Part shown: positions 52,901-64,000 of the stretch, one piece after another
Layout of the letters: the number at the start of each line of letters is the position of its first letter
How positions within the stretch are numbered: the stretch's first letter is position 1
DNA from: Tubiluchus corallicola
Taxonomy: Eukaryota > Animalia > Priapulida
Assembly: GCA_030141605.1 (NCBI GenBank)
Contig: JAQGDQ010000001.1
Coordinates: 3,122,306 to 3,186,305, forward strand
Direction: 5' to 3'
DNA: 64,000 nt
Notes under the pieces: generated by a model
Databases searched by the model: none
Seen by the model: the letters and a program-made list of their open reading frames with translations, nothing else
What the model was told of the DNA's origin: nothing
Translations under genes and position numbers: made by a program

Positions 52901-54505
52901 AATAGAAAAACTTCATATTCTAAATATTTACGATAAGACGGATCTAAGGCAACGCTAAATGGTGTTCTAGACGATTATCCAGGCAGTCGGACAGGAAAAC
53001 TCAATAACGAATAATCTAATGCGACGCATTCCGCACTAATTTATTTTTTAAACGACATAAATGTGACGCTTCAACTACTCTTATCAAGCAATTGTCTATC
53101 GTCAAGTAAGCAAGCTACCATCAAGTACTAAGGAAGGTAAATGTCTAAGAACACTGAAAAGTTCATCATATCTTTAGCAACAACATTCCAAACTGAAAAA
53201 TGTGCCTTGGAACTGACGAACAGTGTATCTTCAGTCAGTATTCTGCTTTCTTCTCTTAGAACTTACTATGCAATCATTTTCAATTTCATGACATTTTAAA
53301 TACGAACTAAATCCTTCAGCAGCCTGGTACAGTGTGAAGACAAAGTAAGTAGATATATTTTCTCCAAGTTTTCAATCTCATTTGCGAAGAGATTTTTGCG
53401 AACTAAGCCGTCAGCTTCGTCAGCTTTCATTTTATACGTTATTTAGCAACAAAACGAGATATACAGCAAGACCATTTCCCCCAGGGAATATTTATGTAAA
53501 ATTAAATAAACCAAATGTAGAACCTATAAAAGAGCCTAAATCTTGCGTAAACGGTAGCTATGGTCAAGATACCAAATTCGCAAGTGCTGTAATTCGGAGA
53601 CAGTTTTTAGAAGAACAGGAAATGCAATATTCACATTTTCCTTTACTATTAATAAACATGGCGTATTTCCACGCTCTTACTTTCCCTGTCGTTCTCTCTT
53701 GATCCTGTCTCTCGCCCTCTATCTTTCTCTCTCCCTCTCTTGGTGCGCCTACAAAAACTATTCCTTACTTACTTAGTGTTTATACAAATGAATCACCGGA
53801 AAGAATACAAACATAAGCTGCTTTATGCGACTACAAATCCACGCATTCATTAGTATGTATAAATGAAACGTGCAACTATCACGGCACAGTTTAAAACATA
53901 TAACTATGTTTCTAGGTTAAACCTAGAAAAATCCCAGTTGAGAATCGTATATGTTCATAATGAAATCGAAGACGAACTACGCCTTGTTTCACAATGATGG
54001 AAAATTACGTAATCACATCAGTGCAAATATACCGGAATTTTTCTTTGTTTGTTTGTAGCGTCGCCATATTTCAAATTGAAATTGTATGTATATCTAGTTT
54101 TGAATCTGCTTTGATACTAACTTTTTGCATCCGTTTTGGCACTAATAAATAAATATCCATATATGATCAAGGCGTACACTTCGTAAGCGAAGTTAAGCAA
54201 CATTGAAGCTCGTCAGTCCCTTCGTTCTTGACCGACTTGGTTCAGTATTTGTTTTGTGCTCCTCTTTCGTTGATGCATTCATACCTGAACATGCCTGAAA
54301 CACCTTTGCTCTTTCAGTGCCTCATCTTAGAGAATTATCCTTGATGATAAGCCAAGTAATCCACAAGTATTTATGCAAAGAAACCAAACTAATGAAACTA
54401 GACTTCAGACAGTGATGCCCCTGTACTTAAAAGTTATCAGAAGTAGCTATAAACGTATTTTTACTATTTCTCGTTTACTATTTCTTATTTAATCTGTTTT
54501 TACAG

Positions 54506-55318
54506 ACTTTTCACTTCTTATTGCCAGAAATCAAAGATCATCGAAGTTTTTGAAGAAATGAGTCATGATACCACTTCCATTGAGAAACCAATAAATATGG
54601 ACCCACCTATTTATGACCCTTACAGCTGCGACTAATGTATTAAGAAGATAAGTGTTATTTGCTCAAAACTAAATGCTCTTTCCCCTAATTTGTCGCGTTT
54701 TATCGATTCCTTTCGGTCTCTTCTGTACAGAGGATGGTAGCCATTCCCTGACATTCTTTATACTGAAATTCTTTCAGAAACTTCCCTAGAGATAGTAAGT
54801 AGTGAAAACCTATTTATCAGTTTGGTGATATAGGTTTTGAAATGCAAACACTACAGGGATGGAAGTTTTGCTTCGTGTATCCGAGAATATACTAAACACG
54901 AAAGTTATATTCAGAAAACTGTTTGTTCACACTGTTCGAAAAAGTAGTAATAAGTTGGCTTCTCAGTTAACTGTGCTGTGGTGTGTTCTGCACCTACGGG
55001 TGTCAGTAAGTATTAAACAACGACGTATAGCTAGGATAAATATTTTATCAGGATGAGTTGAACTCATGGCATTACAGTAATGATCAGATATTCTACAACA
55101 TGAAATGTGTCAAGCATCTCAACGACCATCGAGGTTTAGATAAATTTGCTCAGGCAAAGCTGGAAAGAAGTCAATTGATCGTCTATTGACTTCAGTCACC
55201 ACACCGAGATAGGGTTGCTGTCTTCAATGTCTCTTTCATTGTAATTTCCAGCGTACAAATTTATCAATCAAGGCCTGATTTCATCCACAGGAAGGAAGTT
55301 GGCAGAACTATGGGAAAG
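54506..55318 (+). pseudogene. Probable decayed spliced gene of unknown family
   Basis: Three AG/GT-bounded segments (54506-54794, 55052-55133, 55252-55318) with mutually compatible phases; the first has two in-frame stops. Confidence 0.35.
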
Positions 55319-58300
55319 GTAAGTTCAAGCGGTCTTCCAGCAAGGCGCTACTTCTAGGTGCTGTTGATCAATAGGTTACCTGTCTCCCTGCCGGAAATGG
55401 ACTGCTCCGCGCGCGCAGTGGGCAGCGCGCATGAAGACGTCTTTGCTTGAAGAGCTTTCAGAGTTCGCGTACCGCTTTGCTGTGCAGATTCTCACCTCAG
55501 TATTCTCGCGTCGGTAAATTTTATTTAGAGTCGAATAATTTGAGAGAAGCTGAGGCTAGATGTAATGACGCGATTTCAGCAAAGACAACATTTATGTAGC
55601 GACTGTGTAATTTTTTGCGGTATTAAGAAGGTATATGGAGCACATTAGATATTTCTAGTATGCAATGTAGCTAATCGAAACAAAAAGGTAAGAAAAATTT
55701 GTTTTACCAATTCTTGTGCAAATTTGAGTAGTAACACCTGGCAATTATCTCTTGTTACATATCATAATATAGTTGTTCAGTTGGTACAGTTTGCTTCTGA
55801 ATTAGGTATTAACTGGCTGGCGCATTATGGGAGTTTTTGGAGGTATAGAAGTTTTTTTGCAAAGTAACTTTGTGGGACATGTGTCTTTTGAATAATTAAC
55901 ATATTCCACTGAAACAGTACAAACTGTAATTCAATATACTTTAATTTCTTCGGAATTTTTTTATTTAATAAATGACAAAATAATTATGTACAGCAAACTG
56001 ACGAGAAGAAGTCTAGAAGGTCTAAGCCTAAGGTGTAAAAAGAATGCTTGTTATTGTGAATTAAATGTACACGACAATCAGGCCTAAGGCCTATACGAGC
56101 TCAAGTAATTACATGGTTGTTAGCATATACATGTATTGGATAACCTTATGTATTATTATAAAGCTTTCGTAATGACAAAATGTACTAGTGAGGACGAAAT
56201 TGGAATAAAAAACCACACACTTTTTCTGAAAAATGTATATCAGGTGTAGTGCTATAACTGAAATATTATTCTATAGAAATTGTTGACAGACATTTTTTAA
56301 CCGCTCGACGAATATTTTACAAACACTTAAACCAGAATTTTTAAGGACGTCACGAACCTCACACTATAAGAAAAATTGTTCCAGGATGCACAAAAAGTAT
56401 AACAAAACCCAAACCTTTACAAATCCACAGATTATACATACGTTACAGCTGTATTATAATAAAGTTGACGGTGCCTGCATAATTACCTATATATGCCAAC
56501 ATTAATCCCAGGAGAAAGCATTTAATTAAACGGCTGCAGAGGATTATCAGATGTGACTCGACAATCTGCTGATTAGCCTAGTCACAACAGCCACTACTCC
56601 TGTACACTCTTACTAATGAATTGGGACAGCGTTTATTAGCAATTGGCGGTGAAGCCATCCATATTACTGGTGGATGTGAAACTGCATTACATTAACATGG
56701 CAGACCCAAGTACCATTCTAAAAACGTTTAACCAAATATGGCAAGCAAATCGTATTTTTAAGTACCATTCTAAGTTAGAGGTTCCACCGATTTTATCCCT
56801 ACCTTAATTACCCGAACGAGAAGCCATTGCACTCATCTGCAATTCAAAAGCAAAGTGAGGCCATTACAAACGACCAAACCTCAGAAGGTTTAATTTTGAG
56901 TTCATTTACAACGAAGTGCTGTCGTCGATTCATTACGCGAAAACATTTGACATTTAAAAATTTTCCACTAACACTGTTTAAAATGTACTGAATTTCAGTC
57001 TTGAGTTCTCTACCAAATGGTACAGAAATCCGCAGCATTTTGCTGTAGTTTTTACCTGTCTTCAGAGTTCAGACTCAAATTTAATTGAAATAAATTTTCG
57101 ATGTGATGTTTGATTTCGTGTTTACAAACTACAAATATCTGCAGACAGGAGAATATTGTAGGGTTGCTGACGTAGACGTTTAATTATTGTGGAAATATCA
57201 GGAAATAGTCAGAATTTCAGAAACATTTGTTTAAAAATATATTGTGACCAAATTTTCGCTATGAATGAATTTTGCAGAGACGTGTGCATTTTTAAGAACA
57301 AACGCGCTCTGTATCAGCGAATGTATACCATTATAAGCTCTTTAAGGACATGTTTTCTTGCCAAAATCTGACACATCATGCAAACTGTGGTAATGGGATG
57401 TTTTCCCCCAAATGAGCTTGGGCGTTTAAAATGGAGAACTGACAGTGACAGATGAGATGCATGGAATACTTAGTGACATCTCAAAGAAAGCTGTGTACGT
57501 GAGAAACCGCAAATTTTAATGCGCGCTCACAAAACACACATCGCACAAGAAAACTTGGGAAAAACGTCATCTGAAAGCGCATTTTCGACAGTTTTATTCA
57601 CACTAGGGAGAAAGTAAGGGACGTGTACTGGATCCTGTTAATCCCTTTCACACCTTTAATGATTTTGTTGTTAATAAAACGTTTAATGATTTTTTCACTT
57701 TGTCACTCGTACCTCTGTTCACAGTACAAGTTGGTGAACGGGCTTACTTTGCCCTTATATCATTGTTTACACTACAAGTAGGTAAACGGGTTTATTTTGC
57801 CCTTATATCATTAAAAACACGTATTGTGTTCTTTCTAATTGTGTAACTGATTACAATAGATTAGGATCTAAAAAGAACACTACGGGTAGAGAATTTTCTA
57901 ACTCGTGTAAACTTGGTTTTTAATACCTGAGCAAGGAGGTGTCTCCACTCTGAGGCTGCAGTTACTTTATACCAAAGGCTTTTTAGGTGAAAGATACAGT
58001 ATTTGCACAAGGTTTTAACGTTGTGCCTAATTGTGAATATAGGGCATAACTTTTTATTCTCATTTCTCCCAGCGGCCTGGATTCGGAAAAAATACCATTG
58101 AGAAGGTGGTTAAGAAGGCCTCCGTTTTGTATGAATCGTCAAAAATCGCTAAATATAAACCGTCACTGAAGCCCGACGTGCGGATACCGTACTTTTACAT
58201 ATGGTACTATGCTAAACAAGAATTCAAAATCGGCGGCTTTTCGTTTTAATACGGCTGAATATAGAACAGTACGGCACATTTTAATTAGTCGATCATTTAT

Positions 58301-59432
58301 AAATTTTCCTCGTATATGGCTTCATATACATGTTAGTATGCATAATGGTAATTAAGGCGTAGCTATCCTAGGTCGCAGGATAGTAGTTTATGAATCCAGT
58401 CCCCCCGTTCTTATTTGCATATTTACTATAAAATTGTTTCCCTGTTAACTTCAACCTCATTTGCTTCAAAAAGAACGTCAACAGATACACCGCCTGCATG
58501 TTATTAGCAAATGAGGCTGTAATGAACTATAAGACTTCTATTTTTCTGGACTTGCATTTAATATTTTCATTTTCTACCTGTTATTGCTTGCACTGATGGC
58601 GACTGATGACGGTTTTTGTATGGGCGACCGTATAAAATAATTTTATAGCACACATGGATGTAAGTGGTCTGGCAGAACAGAACCCCTACTGTTACAACAC
58701 CACAGTAGTGTAACATAAAAACCGTAGTATAAAAGCAGTTGTAAACCTTTTCACTAAAATAACTGTAATATTAAATTGAATCACGGACGATATCCAGCGC
58801 GGGTTACCTATTCGTTTTATGGCCGTTCACAAATATATAAAATACACGGGAGAATGTGAAATTACTACAGTGTTTGGCAATAAAATACTGGGAAATGGCT
58901 ATGTAATGAACATCGGGCATGATTTAAATACGTTAAGGGCAAATAAAATTCAGATTAAAAGAGCGCGTGCGCAGATAACTTGTTTGAAAACTGCCAGTTG
59001 TTTTACTTAAGCGCTCTGGTTTAAACACACACTCTCTTTTATTGTGCAGTTAAACTGGCAGTTAAGGGACGGTATGCCTATATTTTCAGGACGTAATTTC
59101 CTGAAATTACACCTTTAGCCTATATACGATTGAATTTTCAAGCAAGTAATAAAATTCTGATATGCAGGTGGGTATTATTGCAGTAATATGTCTATAAATA
59201 ATCCTGGGTGACGAATGAGAAATTTCCTAGATATATGTGACAAAACCAAGAAGCCATACATATAAGCCTAAGTGTTAAGTTCTTAATAAACTATGCACAA
59301 TTTCGACCAGAAATTCTGCGCCGTGTTAAAATGTATCGCGATGCCTAACGTTCTTGCAAGCAAGCTATATATCAAATATTATATATTACACAAGTTACAA
59401 AACTATAATCCTGATTTAAAGAAGATTTAATG

Positions 59433-59433
<1 letters not shown>

Positions 59434-59480
<47 letters not shown>
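59434..59480. repeat. (TA)n microsatellite
   Basis: Direct reading of the sequence. Confidence 0.97.
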
Positions 59481-59482
<2 letters not shown>

Positions 59483-62400
59483 CCGAATTTCATCAGGCGA
59501 GCTTATAGGATTCCTTGCAGTAAAGATTGCAATCTTGCAGTGTTCAGGAGCAATAAATTGTCATCAACAGTGGCAATTATTAGAGTGCAAAATTCAGACA
59601 CTGAGAATAAACGTCTACAAGAATGTATGTGATCTCTGTAAAAATTATTTCATCTATTCCATAAATCGTGTCTCAAAGCATTCTAAAGTCAGAGTTCGCC
59701 ATAAAATGAAAACAAAGAAAGAAAATGATAAACTGAAAACAAAGAAATCAAGTAAGATAAAATTAAAAGTTCACTTGGATGTTACAGTGCTACATAAACA
59801 CTAAACAGGCTGTCTAGGTTTGTATTTCACGAACGCATTTGCAATTTCTCAAGAGAAAAGAATTCGAAATTGTGCTTGGCCGATCTGCAGATACCTCAGA
59901 AACACGAAGAATGTACACTTTCTCCGCCAAAGCAAAATTTCGAACACAGTTCTAGCGTGAAATTTCCTTTAAGCAAGCTAGACTTAACGTAAAAAACTAC
60001 ATGTATTTGCCTTATTTGGTGCGAATAGTCCATAAAGGAGATTAGTAAAAGTGTGCCACTATTTACGAATAGATGTAGAAACTGCACAGGTTTTACATAA
60101 AAAATTGCAAATCTGATGTGCGTACCATCAAAATGCTCACGCGGGACATTACAGTAACAATGTACATTTTTACAATACATATACACGAAAATCCGGGTTT
60201 CGTTTCATCCTATTCAAAGTCAAAATTATCTGACTGAAATAATGCAATAAGCGCAAGGTTTGACAACCGGCTTTATAGCCTTTATAAATTTGTTAGTGAC
60301 GCTCGTATTGACGAAAATCTATACAATTCTTCAACTCGCTGCCACGTATTAAACTCATCATTCTCCACACGCGTTACTGAAACTTCCATTGATGAAAATT
60401 TAAATTTTGAAACAGCAGTGTGAAACATTTCCGTTGCGACAAGGTATCCCACTACTTACTGTAGTCACATTACTGATGATATCGGGCTTCATTTGCAAAT
60501 GTATACGTGCAAATGAATGCAATTAAAATCAAGACAATTAAGCGCACGATAGCATGTTAAGTGCATTAGATCAATGAAGGAAAGCTTTTTGGATAAATCT
60601 AGCGAATTCATTGAATCGTTATTTTGTGTTTGCAAGAAAAAATCCAGCGTTTTCGGTTTTCGCAAATTGTTTTTTCAAAGTTCCTAACAGTATCAGTATC
60701 ATGTAAGGGATTAGCCGATCAAAAAATGATACAACTCCAGGCTGTGATCTCTACCCTACTGCATTGTTTCAATTTTCTGTACTTTTTATTATTTTGTACA
60801 GTCGGTAAAATCTAAAGCTGGCTTAATCTAATACAATACAAATACGATTAATCTAATACATCTTGAAATTTCTGGTGTGAAAAATACTGAATAATCTCAA
60901 GAAGGTCCAACGGTGAAAAAGTTTTAACAGAATGTACTATAAATCTTCATTGACCCAGCAATGTATTCTCTGGGGCGTACTGTGAAGGACTTGTTGCCTG
61001 ATCCATCAAGCTACAGACATAAGTTCTCATTCATAAGAAATAATATCATTAAGAAATAATATGATTACGCTCAATAGTGTATCGAACATTGCACTGCACT
61101 GCACTCTGCATAGTTGCTTTGCAATGCACTGTATAGTTGTTTTGCGCGTACAGCCCACAGAGTTGTTTCTTGACGAACATTTTATATCTAATTTCGTCTT
61201 TTTGCGGCTTCCGTCCTTCTGTTCACAGTGAAACCTCTATTGACTAGTCTGCTTATCTATTAAGACAGCTATTGCTGGCTTGAATCATTCAGTTGCAGTA
61301 AACCAAATTCAATATCATAGTATTGATATGTTATAATACTTTATTTATATTACTTTGACATTTTATAATTGATATTGTATAGTTTATGTTACCTTGACAT
61401 CTTATAATGCTTCTATTAGGAATGAAACGGTTCAGTTCGTCGCTACATTTTATTTCATCTATTTAGAATATTTAACAGGAATTGCTGGAATATTTCAGAA
61501 CGGCCAAGGCTATCTCTAAACGAGTTCAAGCCTTGAATGTTTTGTATGGGCCACGCAGGTGATGGGTTGTCATAGTAAAGTTAGGCCTTTATTGTTGCCT
61601 TTTCGAAAACGATAACAATAATTTCGCTTCGCAGTAGTGTAAAAATCTTCGACACGGAGGCACTAGTTACCTATCCCTACGAGTCGTTGTATAACTGAAG
61701 AAAATTGTTAATGACTGATGCAATTACAGTTTTTACCAAGAATTTTGCCGTCTTCGCGACTTTGTGCTGGATATTGGATTTTTTTTGAGCAGCTTTGACA
61801 CGCTTTGTTACTGGAAGGCTTTCATCGCATAAAACACTTTATGAACAAGAGATGATACAAGATGGGAATGACGCGACCTTTGCAGCCAAATCCCTTGTGT
61901 TTTCAATCATTAGCAGGTAAAACAGGCATATTTTATTGAAGCAAGAAAATTCATATGCATTTAAGGAAGTATAACCATGAGCATAATAACATGCATATAT
62001 TTTTGGCGTGAAGAGAAAAGCTTGAAATACATGTACTCATTTAATCCCCCTGACAGCAATTAGTACAAGAAATTTTGAACAAATGGCACATCAGCAACGA
62101 CTCTCAAGACAAAAACAATTACTCATCAGCATCTAAAAACAAGTTAATGAAACAAAGTAAAAACGCGCGTCGACTAATTTGATTTTAGTTAAAGAAGCAG
62201 CCGTCATGATCATCAAATGGATCAATAATAATAGGCGTCTAAAAACGCGGGTATATTCCGATGAATATTAACACCTTATTTGAGAGCTTTCCAAACAGAA
62301 TTTTGAGCGACATACATTATTTGATTGTTTGCATATGCTAAACAGCAAGTTGTTAAATATTTATTGCTACGGGAAGTATTGAACTAACAGTGCCTTGGTT

Positions 62401-63598
62401 GTGAGTATTAAAATTTCGTGTTTGGCAAATTTCAGTCATATTTTTGGTCGTCAAACCGTTGCATCAAAACCAGCGCTTCCAGAAATGTTTTCAGCTGAAG
62501 CGACTGTTATCATTTTACAACTGCGACGAGTTTGAAGTTTTTCACGATTGGAAATTGGCGTTTTCACTTAGCAGTAAACACAACCGAGTCCAATTCCTCG
62601 AGTCATCGCAGCAGCAATTTGATGTATCGAGTCAACGAGACAAAACTAATCAAAATGGCGTCAAGATTCATGATGGCGTCGCGAAAAGAAGACAAGACAT
62701 AAACAGTGTCATATAAAAAGGCCAGCAACTTCGGAATGTAGTTCAAAGATTTCTTACATTGTCAGCACTAACGTGTATGGATCGGAAATAGGGCTTCTGG
62801 AAAAGCAGAAATGGCAAGATCCCTCTTCGGGGATCCGGTTTATCAATAATCGCAATTGGCTTTTGCAAGGCAAACGATAAAATCCTTTACAAGTCTTTCA
62901 TATAAACAAACCTTTTGAAAATCCGCAGAACCTTGAAGCCTCATGCAGTAAGAAACAGTATCAAACTACACCTGTGGAAATAATTAATTGCAGAATCTCC
63001 AAGCTGCAACAACAAATTACACCTGAATTACAAATTTCAGACTTAAAAAACGTTAATCCTAGACAAAAGCAACAGGGAAAAATCGAACGCAACGTATCAT
63101 GAGTGCAGGCCGGAAATAAACTCCACTTTAGTTATACGCTTTAGCCTTTCAAACAAAAGCAACGCTTTAAACGATTTCAAAGCAGTTCCAGCAATTTAAA
63201 GATACCCTTGCAAGTCGGCTAATATTGCAGCTTGCAGCGCTTCAACAAAAGGATGAGTTTTTTTCCAGTACTATAAATCTTGTAGAATTAGATAGCAAAC
63301 ACTAACGGTAAGTTACGGCAATTTTTGTCGAAACACTTAAATTTACTTCTACGAAAAATGCGCGACATGCATTTCGATTCAAGCCTGCATAATATTGCTA
63401 AACAAATAACTACATTTAGTGTATATGTACGCAATCAACTTAATAGTGCTACATTGACATTTTTCTCTACCAATGCTACACCTACTTCGAATATTATGTG
63501 CAAGCGCAGAAAAAATAATAAACAGTTTAAAGTACCAATTGTCGCTCATTCCTTAAAATTTGAAAACAGTTAATATATTAACGTATAATTGCACCTAT

Positions 63599-63675
63599 AT
63601 GATAGATAGTTAGATAGAGATAGTGTCTACCTGATAGATAGTGATACCTGATCAGGTATCCACCTGATAGATAGT
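63599..63675. repeat. Degenerate (GATA)n-like low-complexity repeat
   Basis: gatagatagttagatagagatag and repeated cctgatagatagtg. Confidence 0.7.
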
Positions 63676-64000
63676 GTGTGATCGCAAGGGAAAGCTTCAC
63701 AGGTAGGCAGAGAAATTGATCCAAAATTATTTATTTATTTATTTCTATTTTACAGTTCTCTAACTACATATTGAATGGCGTAGCAAGATCACATCCAAGA
63801 ACTATTCTTTAACGCGAGACAACTTTCTCAGTTGCTGAAATAAGACAGTCATTGCGGAAGCAATATGATAATCAAATCGCCCAAAAGTAACGCCTCAACT
63901 ATTTTATACAATATAAACAATTTATTCTTTTTAGCACTATACCAATTTTAGTGACTGCATATTGGGTTTATTATTGTGATTTTTTTATTACATGCATAAA

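Noticed and set aside
56590-56710. Ankyrin-like fragment (ELGQRLLAIGGEAIHITGGCETALH)
   Set aside because: A single weak match bounded by stops; cannot be supported without a search.
59430-59804. 124-aa ORF starting MLYIYIYIY
   Set aside because: The frame is opened by a (TA)n microsatellite and shows no protein-like features.

Overview
AT-rich eukaryotic (invertebrate-like) genomic DNA with spliceosomal introns. The organism cannot be named from the sequence. About 7.2-46.6 kb is a head-to-tail + strand array of five apparently intact ANL-superfamily adenylate-forming enzyme genes (4-coumarate-CoA-ligase-like / firefly-luciferase-like acyl-CoA synthetases, about 557-574 aa by my manual splicing) plus a decayed sixth copy. 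All five share one exon plan: a short N-terminal exon, a ~930-bp exon, 161/164 bp, 173 bp and ~345 bp, with intron phases 0/1/0/2. The small N-terminal exons are missed by the ORF track and encode PTS2 peroxisomal nonapeptides, intact in copies 2, 3 and 5 and degenerate in copies 1 and 4. The C-termini differ (AKL, RKKCQVL, SKL, SKY, SRER), so each paralog has its own combination of targeting signals. The paralogs also differ at pocket residues, and all carry an unusual N-A in place of K-G in the A8 loop. The rest of the window holds decayed LINEs, TA-flanked MITEs, tRNA-derived SINE heads, short tandem duplications, a convergent terminal exon resembling the Rpl4 chaperone Acl4, and unidentified spliced gene relics in a more CpG-rich right third. 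Gene models were spliced by eye and no database search was run.
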